Below, piece after piece: positions 56,458 through 64,000 of a DNA stretch of 64,000 nucleotides (its first letter is position 1; every line of letters begins with the position of its first letter). The DNA comes from Polyangiales bacterium (GTDB taxonomy: Bacteria; Myxococcota_A; Polyangia; Polyangiales; Ga0077539). The position numbers and the translations under genes are program-made. The notes under the pieces were generated by a model. That model had not been told where the DNA came from, searched no databases, and worked only from the letters and a program-made list of their open reading frames with translations. The stretch lies in NCBI GenBank assembly GCA_044229975.1, contig JBGARZ010000019.1:96001-160000 (forward strand). The letters run 5' to 3'.

Positions 56458-57345
56458 ATGACCGAGTGGCTCCATGAGACCGTGCTGCTGGAGGTGGCCT
56501 GCGATGCGCTCGCGCCGCGCGCGGGGGGCCTGTACCTCGACTGCACCCTCGGCCGGGGCGGCCACACCCGGATGATCCTCGATCGGTCGGCGCCGGACGG
56601 CAGGGTCATCGCGCTCGACCGCGACCCGCGCGCCCTCGACGCCGTGCGCGCCGCCATGCCCGACGCGGGCGATCGGCTGGAGCTGTTTCAGACGACGTTT
56701 TCGCAGGCGGCCGAGGTGCTGGAGGGCAGACTGGTCGACGGTGTCATCGCCGACCTCGGGGTGAGCTCACCGCAGCTCGACGACCCGGCGCGGGGGATGA
56801 GCTTCCGGCACGAAGGTCCGCTCGACATGCGGATGGGCGACGACGACGGGGAGACCGTGTGGGAGCTCGTCAGGCGGCTCGAAGCCGACGCGCTCGCCGA
56901 CGTGATCTACGAGTACGGCGAGGAGCGGGCGTCGCGGCCCATCGCGCGCGCCATCAAGCGCGCCATCGACGAAGGGCGCATGGAGACCACCGCGCACCTC
57001 GCCGACGCGGTGCACCGGGTGCTCGGTCGTCCGCGCTTCGGCAAGCCCGAGCCCGCGACGCGCACGTTCCAGGCGCTGCGCATCGCCGTCAACGACGAGC
57101 TCGGCGAGCTGGAGCGGTTGCTGGCCTCGCTGCCGTCGCTGGTGAAGGAAGGCGGTCGCGTGGCGGTGATCTCGTTTCACTCGCTGGAGGACCGCATCGT
57201 GAAGCACACGCTGCGCGACGACCCGTCGTGGAAGGTGCTCACCAAGAAGCCCGTCGAGCCCGACGAGGCGGAGTGCGCGCGCAACCCGCGGGCCCGCAGC
57301 GCCAAGATGCGGGTGGCCGAGCGGCGTGGAGAGGGGGAGCTGTGA
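56458..57345 (+). CDS. rsmH: 16S rRNA m4C1402 methyltransferase RsmH (MraW)
   Basis: HETVLL, DCTLGRGGH, DLGVSSPQLD, PLDMRM, ATRTFQALRIAVNDEL, SFHSLEDRIVK and NPRARSAK. Confidence 0.97.
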   Translation: MTEWLHETVLLEVACDALAPRAGGLYLDCTLGRGGHTRMILDRSAPDGRVIALDRDPRALDAVRAAMPDAGDRLELFQTTFSQAAEVLEGRLVDGVIADLGVSSPQLDDPARGMSFRHEGPLDMRMGDDDGETVWELVRRLEADALADVIYEYGEERASRPIARAIKRAIDEGRMETTAHLADAVHRVLGRPRFGKPEPATRTFQALRIAVNDELGELERLLASLPSLVKEGGRVAVISFHSLEDRIVKHTLRDDPSWKVLTKKPVEPDEAECARNPRARSAKMRVAERRGEGEL

Positions 57346-57656
57346 TGACCACGGTGCGCTTCGTGATTCTCTATGGGCTGGTGACCATCTCCGCGGGCTC
57401 CGCGTTCGTGGTGCACCTCGCCTTGCGCAACCAGAACGTCGCCCTCGGCTACGAGGCCGAGCGCGCGCGCGGCGAGTCGGCGCGGCTGCGGAGCCAGATC
57501 AACCAGTACCGCCTGGAGCTGGGCGCGCAGCGGGCGCCGGGGCCCTTGATGGACGTCGGGCGCACCGAGCGCGGCATGGTCGAGCCCGATCAGGTGACGA
57601 CGCTCATCGTGGGTGGATCGCTGCGTCCCGGTCGCTCCAGCGGGAGGCCCCGATGA
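57345..57656 (+). CDS. ftsL: Cell division protein FtsL (putative)
   Basis: Short TM + coiled-coil protein between rsmH and ftsI, translationally coupled to both. Confidence 0.75.
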   Translation: MTTVRFVILYGLVTISAGSAFVVHLALRNQNVALGYEAERARGESARLRSQINQYRLELGAQRAPGPLMDVGRTERGMVEPDQVTTLIVGGSLRPGRSSGRPR

Positions 57657-59803
57657 TGAACCTCGAACCGCGTCGCTCGCGCTGGATGCGCGTGCGCATC
57701 GGGATGCTCGTGACGCTGATGGCCCTCGGCGCCAGCCGTCTCGTGATGGCCGCCTGGGGACTCCAGGTCGACCGCCACCGCTCGCTCGAAGCGGAGTGTG
57801 AGCGGCAGTACTCGCCCAGCCTCCACCTCCAGCCCCGCCGCGGAACCATCTTCGACCGCCACCATCGCCCGCTGGCGGTGAGCGTTCCGGCGCACGCCCT
57901 CGTGGTCAACCCGCGGCAGCTCTCCGGCGAGCAGGGACGCTCGCGTCGTCGCATCGACCTCGCCGCCCTCGCGGTGCGCCTCTCGCCGATCATCAACGTC
58001 CCGGCCGACGAGCTGCGGCGGCGCTTTGGTCAGACCCGCTCGGTCAACCGCGATGGTCGCGAGGTGCAGGAGCTCATGGGTTCGGTGGTCGTCAAGCACC
58101 ACCTCCCCGACACCGAGGTGGCCGCGGTGCGCGCGCTGCTCGCCGACGTGAAGCGCGAGCTGCGCCTCGGGCGCGTCGACGGGTTGTCCTTCGAGGAGGA
58201 GAGCCGCCGGTGGTACCCGGCCCGCGAAGACGCGGCCCACATCACGGGGCAGGTCGGCGCCTTCGGCGACGCGCTGGAGGGCCTGGAGCGCTCGCTCGAT
58301 GAGCACCTGCGCGGTCGCAACGTGGAGGTGCACGGCGTGCGCGACGCGCGCGGGGCGCTGGTGTTCGCCGACGGGCTGCGGCCGGGCGAGGGCATGGCGG
58401 GCGAGGACGTCACGCTCACCATCGACTCCACCATCCAGATGATCGCGGCGCGCGAGCTCGCCCTCCAGTGCCAGGCCGCCGAGGCCAAGGGCGGGACGGT
58501 CATCGTCACCGATCCCCACACGGGCGAGGTGCTCGCGCTCGCCAACTACCCGACCTACAACCCCAACGAGTTCGTGGCGACGGACGCCGAGTCACGGCGC
58601 AACCGCGCCATCACCGAGCGCTTCGAGCCGGGCTCGACGATGAAGATCTTCACCGTCGGCGGCGCCCTCGACAACGGCGTGGTCAACCCCGGGCAGCTCA
58701 TCAACTGTTACGGTGGTTCGTATTCCATCGGGCGCGTGACCATCCACGACACGCACCCCGACACGTGGCTCACGCCCATGCAGGTGCTCGCGCGGTCGAG
58801 CAACATCGGCGCGGCGCAGATCGGCGCGGCGCTCGGGGCCGACGGCCTGGAGCGGGTGTTTCGTCGCTTCGGCTTCGGCGAGCGCACCGAGATCCCCCTG
58901 CCCGCCGAGTCGCGCGCGCGCTTCGGTCAGGCCCGCTGGGTCGACGCCGAGGTCGCCACCGTCGCCTTCGGTCAGGGCATGAACGTCACCGCCATCCAGA
59001 TGGCGCAGGCGCTCGGCTCGGTGGCCAACCAGGGACGACTGATGCCTCCGCTGCTGGTGTCGCGCATCACCGACGCGACGGGCGCGCTCGTCGAAGATCA
59101 CCCGCCGGGGGAGGGACGCGCCGTGATGCGGCCGGAGAGCGCGCGGCTGCTCGCGGAGATGCTCACCGCCGTCACCGAAGAAGGCGGAACGGGCACCGAG
59201 GCTTCGATCCCGGGCGTTCGGGTGGCGGGCAAGACGGGCACGGCACAGAAGGCCAACGAGCACGCGCGCGGGTACGACCCCAACCGCTGGGTGAGCAGCT
59301 TCGTGGGCTTCGCGCCGGCCGAGCGGCCGCGCCTCGCCATCACCGTCATCATCGACGAGCCGCAGATGTCGCACTCGGGCGCGGCCATCGCGGCGCCGGT
59401 GTTTCGCCGCGTGATGGAGCAGTCGCTGCGCTACCTGGGCGCGCTTCCCGTGGCCAACGTGGGTCGTGATGATCTCGCGCGGTTGCCTCCGCGGCCCGAG
59501 CGGGTGCTCGCGGCGCAGGCGCGGGCGGCGACGGGTGCGGTGCGCGGAGCGGTCCCGGCAGCGAACCCGGAGTCGGGCGTGGCGCCGTCTCTGCTGGGTC
59601 TGTCGGTGCGCGAGGCGGTGCGTCGGGCGCAGCCGCTGGGCATCGAGCTCGAAGTGCAGGGTAGCGGTCTCGTGGTGGCGCAGGATCCGCCCGCGGGCGC
59701 TTCCGTCGCGGCCGATCGTCGGGTGCGCGTGCTGCTCGAACCCGCGGGGGGATACACCCCCGTGGTGGTGGATACGCCTGCGTCGGCGGAGGTTCCGAGG
59801 TGA
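57653..59803 (+). CDS. ftsI: Class B penicillin-binding protein FtsI/PBP3 with a C-terminal PASTA domain
   Basis: RRGTIFDR, RWYP, GLE, EPGSTMK (SxxK), SSN and KTGT motifs; PASTA APSLLGLSVREA. Confidence 0.95.
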   Translation: MMNLEPRRSRWMRVRIGMLVTLMALGASRLVMAAWGLQVDRHRSLEAECERQYSPSLHLQPRRGTIFDRHHRPLAVSVPAHALVVNPRQLSGEQGRSRRRIDLAALAVRLSPIINVPADELRRRFGQTRSVNRDGREVQELMGSVVVKHHLPDTEVAAVRALLADVKRELRLGRVDGLSFEEESRRWYPAREDAAHITGQVGAFGDALEGLERSLDEHLRGRNVEVHGVRDARGALVFADGLRPGEGMAGEDVTLTIDSTIQMIAARELALQCQAAEAKGGTVIVTDPHTGEVLALANYPTYNPNEFVATDAESRRNRAITERFEPGSTMKIFTVGGALDNGVVNPGQLINCYGGSYSIGRVTIHDTHPDTWLTPMQVLARSSNIGAAQIGAALGADGLERVFRRFGFGERTEIPLPAESRARFGQARWVDAEVATVAFGQGMNVTAIQMAQALGSVANQGRLMPPLLVSRITDATGALVEDHPPGEGRAVMRPESARLLAEMLTAVTEEGGTGTEASIPGVRVAGKTGTAQKANEHARGYDPNRWVSSFVGFAPAERPRLAITVIIDEPQMSHSGAAIAAPVFRRVMEQSLRYLGALPVANVGRDDLARLPPRPERVLAAQARAATGAVRGAVPAANPESGVAPSLLGLSVREAVRRAQPLGIELEVQGSGLVVAQDPPAGASVAADRRVRVLLEPAGGYTPVVVDTPASAEVPR

Positions 59804-61332
59804 CGGTTGGGGCCTTTCCGCGGGGCGCCTCGCTCCGGTCGCTCTCGCTGGAGGTCGACGGGTCGTGGGTGGCGGGGGACGACAGCGTGTTCGTGACCGA
59901 CGTGCGGCACGACTCGCGGGCCGTGCAGCCGGGGGACCTCTTCGTCGCGCGTCGCGGCGCTCGCTTCGACGGAGCGACGCACGCCGCGCAGGCCGTCGCA
60001 CGCGGGGCCGTCGCGGTGTTGGCGGGAGCGCCGTTGGACGTCCCGGTGCCGACGCTGGTGTCCGTCGACGTCGACCGCGCGATGGCCGCCGTGAGCAGCG
60101 CGGTGTGGGCCCACCCCACGTGGAGCCTCGACGTCATCGGCATCACCGGAACCAACGGCAAGACCACCACCGCGTGGCTGCTGGAGCACGCGCTCAACGC
60201 GCTCGGTGCGCCCTGCGGACTCCTCGGAACGGTGCTCTCCCGCTTCGGCGGACTGCGTTGGGACGCCGCGCATACGACGCCCGAATCCGATGAGCTGACG
60301 CGACGCCTTGCGGCCATGCGCGACCACGGTGCGACGCACGCCGTGATGGAGGCCAGCTCGCACGCGCTCGCCCTGGGGCGCGTCGAGGCGGTGCGCTTTC
60401 GCGTGGCGGTGTTCACCAACCTCACGCAGGACCACCTCGACTTCCACCACACCGTCGACGCGTACGTCGCGGCCAAGCGCAGGCTCTTCGTCGACCTCGC
60501 GCCGGGCGACGCCGTCATCAACGTGGACGACACCGTGGGGCGCGCCTTTGCGGCCGAGGTTCCCACCGCGTGGACGTACTCCGGCGGCGCCCACGAGGCG
60601 ACGCTGCGGGTCATCGACGGCGGCGCGACCGCGACCGGAACCCTCGCCACCGTCTCCACCCCCGAAGGCCCGGTGACGCTGCGCTCGCCGCTGCTGGGCG
60701 CGCACAACGTCGAGAACCTCCTCGCCGCGCTCGGCACCCTCGGTGCCCTCGGCTACCCGCTCAACCGCGCTGCGGAAGCGCTGGCGGGTGCGACGGGAGC
60801 GCCCGGTCGCTTGGAGTCGGTGACGCTGCCGGGCAAGGGCGTCGGCTTCGACGTGCTGGTCGATTACGCCCACACGCCCGACGCGCTGGAGCGCGTGCTC
60901 GCGACGCTGCGCAAGACCACGCGCGGGCGCGTCGTGTGCGTGTTTGGTTGCGGCGGCGATCGCGACCGGGGCAAGCGTCCGCGCATGGGTGAGGCCGTGG
61001 CGCGCGGGGCCGACCTCGCGGTGCTCACCTCCGACAACCCGCGCTCGGAGGAGCCCGCGGCGATTCTCGACGACGTTCGCCCAGGGCTGCTGGCCGGGGG
61101 GATGCGCGAGCGCGCGGAGGGTGAACCGTCGGTCGGGGAGTTCGTGGCGGTGGTCGATCGGCGGGCGGCCATCGCGGCGGCGGTGGCGCTGGCGGCGGAC
61201 GGCGACGTGGTGTTGATCGCGGGCAAGGGGCACGAGACCTACCAAGAGGTGCGCGGCGTACGGTCGCCCTTCGACGACGGTCACGAGGCCCGGGTGGCGA
61301 TGATGGCGCGGCTCGCCGCGCGGCGGGAGTGA
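59800..61332 (+). CDS. murE: UDP-MurNAc-dipeptide--meso-diaminopimelate ligase
   Basis: GITGTNGKTT, MEASSH, NLTQDHLDFH, DYAHTPD, DNPR (DAP specificity) and AGKGHE. Confidence 0.97.
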   Translation: MTVGAFPRGASLRSLSLEVDGSWVAGDDSVFVTDVRHDSRAVQPGDLFVARRGARFDGATHAAQAVARGAVAVLAGAPLDVPVPTLVSVDVDRAMAAVSSAVWAHPTWSLDVIGITGTNGKTTTAWLLEHALNALGAPCGLLGTVLSRFGGLRWDAAHTTPESDELTRRLAAMRDHGATHAVMEASSHALALGRVEAVRFRVAVFTNLTQDHLDFHHTVDAYVAAKRRLFVDLAPGDAVINVDDTVGRAFAAEVPTAWTYSGGAHEATLRVIDGGATATGTLATVSTPEGPVTLRSPLLGAHNVENLLAALGTLGALGYPLNRAAEALAGATGAPGRLESVTLPGKGVGFDVLVDYAHTPDALERVLATLRKTTRGRVVCVFGCGGDRDRGKRPRMGEAVARGADLAVLTSDNPRSEEPAAILDDVRPGLLAGGMRERAEGEPSVGEFVAVVDRRAAIAAAVALAADGDVVLIAGKGHETYQEVRGVRSPFDDGHEARVAMMARLAARRE

Positions 61333-61335
61333 GCG

Positions 61336-62769
61336 ATGGCGACGGCGGTTCCGACGAACGAGGCGACGTGCACGCTGGCCGAGGTGGCCTCGGCGACCGG
61401 GGGACTGCTGCGAGGTGACGCCGCGCTGCGCTGCGTAGGCGTCGGGACCGACACCCGTCGGCTCACGCCGGGTTCGCTCTTCGTGGCGCTGCGGGGCGAG
61501 CACTTCGACGGGCACGATCACCTCGTCGCGGCGCGTGACGCGGGCGCAGTGGCGGCGCTGGTGGAGGCGGGGACGCCGGCCGTCGAGGGACTGCCGACGG
61601 TGGTGGTGACGGACTCATTGCGGGCGCTCGGGGCGATCGGCGCGATGCACCTCGCGAGGGCGCGGTCGCAGCGGGCGCTGCCGGTCATCGCGGTGAGCGG
61701 CGCCGTCGGCAAGACGACCACCAAGGAGCTCATCGCGGCGGCGTTGCGCGCGGCCTACGGCGACACGCTCGCCACGGTGGGCAACCTCAACAACCTCATC
61801 GGCGCGCCGCTGACCTTGCTGTCGCTGACGGACGCTCACCAGGCAGCGGTCATCGAGTGCGGGTCCAACGCGCCAGGCGAGATCGCCCGCATCGCGGCGC
61901 TGGTGCGGCCCGACGTGGCGCTGGTGACCAACGCCGACGCGGCGCACACCGAGCTGCTCGGGAGCATCGACGCCGTCGCCCGCGAGGAGGGATCGCTCTT
62001 CGCCTTCGCGCGCCGCGCCGTGGTGGGCAACGCCGAAGAACCCCGCTCGGCCTCGCAGATGGAGCGCGCCCTCGCCGACCGCGCGCGCTGGCTCTTCGGG
62101 GCGACCGCCGACGCCCACGTCGCGCTCTCCTCGCGCACGCTGCGCGCCGACGGTGGGGCGACGTTGACCTTCGTCGTCGCTCCGGCGCTCTCGTCGGTGG
62201 GAACGCTCACGGTGGAAACCCCGCTCGTGGGCGCGGCCGTCGCGTCCAACATCGCGGCGGCGCTCTGCGCGCTGGCGGCGCTCGGCGCGTCGCCCGATCA
62301 GCTCCTCGCAGCGGCGGCGGCGATCGGGGCGGTGACGGCGGTTCCGGGGCGGTTGCAGCCGATGATGTTGCGGGGCGCGCTGGTGCTCGACGACACCTAC
62401 AACGCGAGCCCGCGGGCGGTGCGCGCGGCGCTCGATGCGGCGCACGAGCTGGCGACGGCGCGTGGGACGCGGTTGATGGTGGCCATCGGCGACATGCTCG
62501 AACTGGGTGGGTTGTCGCGCGAGGCGCACGAGGACGTGGGGCGCGCGGTGAGGGACGCGGGTGCGGAGCTGTTCATCGCGACGGGGCCGGAGATGCGGGC
62601 CGCGGCGCTGACGGCGACGCCGGGGCCCGAGGTGATCGCGGCGGACGACTCCACGGCGGCGGGCGCGGCGCTGCGCGAGCGGGTGCGCGAGGGCGACGTG
62701 GTGCTGGTGAAGGGCTCGCGGGGAATGCGGATGGAGCGCTGCGTGGCGGCGCTCGCGGCAGGCGAGTAG
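61336..62769 (+). CDS. murF: UDP-MurNAc-tripeptide--D-Ala-D-Ala ligase
   Basis: GEHFDGHD, GAVGKTTTKE, NLNNLIG, DTYNASP, GDMLELG and KGSRG. Confidence 0.97.
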   Translation: MATAVPTNEATCTLAEVASATGGLLRGDAALRCVGVGTDTRRLTPGSLFVALRGEHFDGHDHLVAARDAGAVAALVEAGTPAVEGLPTVVVTDSLRALGAIGAMHLARARSQRALPVIAVSGAVGKTTTKELIAAALRAAYGDTLATVGNLNNLIGAPLTLLSLTDAHQAAVIECGSNAPGEIARIAALVRPDVALVTNADAAHTELLGSIDAVAREEGSLFAFARRAVVGNAEEPRSASQMERALADRARWLFGATADAHVALSSRTLRADGGATLTFVVAPALSSVGTLTVETPLVGAAVASNIAAALCALAALGASPDQLLAAAAAIGAVTAVPGRLQPMMLRGALVLDDTYNASPRAVRAALDAAHELATARGTRLMVAIGDMLELGGLSREAHEDVGRAVRDAGAELFIATGPEMRAAALTATPGPEVIAADDSTAAGAALRERVREGDVVLVKGSRGMRMERCVAALAAGE

Positions 62770-62782
62770 AAGGGAGCGGCCG

Positions 62783-63934
62783 ATGCTCTACACGCTCCTC
62801 TACTCGCTGCGTCACTCGTCGTCGCACCTCGGTTGGCTCAACGTCCTGCGGTACATCCCGTTCCGGGTGATCCTGTCGATCCTCACCGCGATGGTGATGT
62901 CGTTCACGCTGGGGCCGTGGTTCATCAACCGGCTGCGCTCGCGACAGATCGGGCAGGTGGTGCGCGACGACGGGCCGCAGTCGCACCTCTCCAAGCGGGG
63001 CACGCCCACCATGGGCGGGTCGCTCATCCTGTTTACGCTGGTGGTGCCGACGCTGCTCTGGGCCGACCCCCACAACAGCTACGTGTGGCTCACGCTGCTG
63101 GTCACTGTCTGCTACGGCGGCATCGGGTTTCTCGACGACTACCTCAAGCTCAAGAAGCTCAACTCGGCCGGGCTCGCGGGGCGCTACAAGCTCGTCGGGC
63201 AGTTCGCCGTGGCGGCCCTGGTCGTCGGCTACCTGTTCTACGGGCACGGGTCGTTTCTGCCCGGGGACTGGGTCGCGCATCGGCACTCGCTGGCGTTGCC
63301 CTTCGCGGCCTTCAGCAAGCACCACTTCGTGCTGCCGCTCGCGCTGTACTTCGTGTTCGGGATGGTCGTGGTGGTCGGCACCTCCAACGCCGTCAACCTC
63401 ACCGACGGCCTCGACGGGCTCGCCATCGGGCCCGTCATCATCAGCGCGGGCACCTACCTGATCTTCGCGTACGTCACGGGCGCGACCTTCTTCGGCCGCG
63501 ACCTCTCGGGCTACCTCGACCTGCCGCCGCTGCGCTCCACGGGCGAGCTCGCGGTGCTATGCGGCGCGATGATCGGGAGCGGCGTCGGGTTCCTCTGGTA
63601 CAACACATACCCGGCGTCGGTGTTCATGGGGGACGTCGGCGCGCTGGCCCTCGGCGGCACCCTCGGCATGCTGGCGCTCGTCACCAAGAACGAGTTCCTG
63701 AGCATCCTGCTGGGCGGCATCTTCTTCGTGGAGATCATGAGCGTGATCATCCAACGCTCGTGGTTCGCGGTGACCAAGCGGCGCTACGGCACCGGGCGCC
63801 GGATCTTCCTGATGGCGCCGATCCACCACCACTTCGAGAAGGCCGGCTGGGCCGAGCCGAAGATCATCGTCCGCTTCTGGATCATCTCCATCATGCTGGC
63901 CCTGGTGTCGCTCGCGAGCCTCAAGCTGCGGTAA
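62783..63934 (+). CDS. mraY: Phospho-MurNAc-pentapeptide transferase
   Basis: KRGTPTMGG, DDYLK, NAVNLTDGLDGL, FMGDVG and MAPIHHHFE. Confidence 0.98.
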   Translation: MLYTLLYSLRHSSSHLGWLNVLRYIPFRVILSILTAMVMSFTLGPWFINRLRSRQIGQVVRDDGPQSHLSKRGTPTMGGSLILFTLVVPTLLWADPHNSYVWLTLLVTVCYGGIGFLDDYLKLKKLNSAGLAGRYKLVGQFAVAALVVGYLFYGHGSFLPGDWVAHRHSLALPFAAFSKHHFVLPLALYFVFGMVVVVGTSNAVNLTDGLDGLAIGPVIISAGTYLIFAYVTGATFFGRDLSGYLDLPPLRSTGELAVLCGAMIGSGVGFLWYNTYPASVFMGDVGALALGGTLGMLALVTKNEFLSILLGGIFFVEIMSVIIQRSWFAVTKRRYGTGRRIFLMAPIHHHFEKAGWAEPKIIVRFWIISIMLALVSLASLKLR

Positions 63935-64000
63935 TGAACGCCCGGTCGGCGCTGCTGCTGTCCGCTCTCTGCGCCGCGTCGTGCAGCGACCTCAACCCTC
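63934..64000 (+). CDS. Start of a putative lipoprotein (partial)
   Basis: TAATG coupling to mraY; MNARSALLLSALCAASCSDLNP has a lipoprotein-type signal. Confidence 0.55.
   Translation, partial: MNARSALLLSALCAASCSDLNP

Overview
GC-rich chromosomal window (roughly 70-75% GC by eye), most likely from a myxobacterium (Myxococcota, probably Polyangia). The evidence is a MYXO-CTERM tail, Cys-rich lipoproteins, FHA/kinase-like signalling genes and the [13 protein letters not shown] RpoZ. Housekeeping blocks are panB-panC-hemolysin III, groES-groEL with two CIRCE boxes, rpoZ, larC, thiL and the start of the dcw cluster (rsmH-ftsL-ftsI-murE-murF-mraY), which lacks an upstream mraZ and has a lipoprotein where murD is expected. 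The left two-thirds is mostly secreted or surface proteins: two paralogous Cys-repeat stalk proteins with different C-terminal tips, a protease-beta-barrel / PSI-repeat / lipoprotein operon, a 1370-aa FG-GAP MYXO-CTERM protein, an OmpA-TSP3 protein, and an 8-gene MoxR/VWA/DUF58/ABC operon. Unexplained DNA structure includes a 102-bp near-perfect inverted repeat (REPIN-like), two copies of a ~30-bp-arm inverted-repeat element 49 kb apart, and a 34-bp promoter-like direct repeat flanking a lipoprotein + PIN cassette. Many genes have a TAnnnT box 6-10 nt before the start codon, suggesting leaderless mRNAs. Several enzymes look catalytically degenerate (kinase, sigma54-type activator, CapA, ABC ATPase, HisKA without HATPase), and there is an apparent TolQ/AglR-like + FHA fusion. 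I saw no rRNA, tRNA, CRISPR array or transposase. All family calls come from motif recognition, not database searches, and many starts were adjusted from the ORF track.
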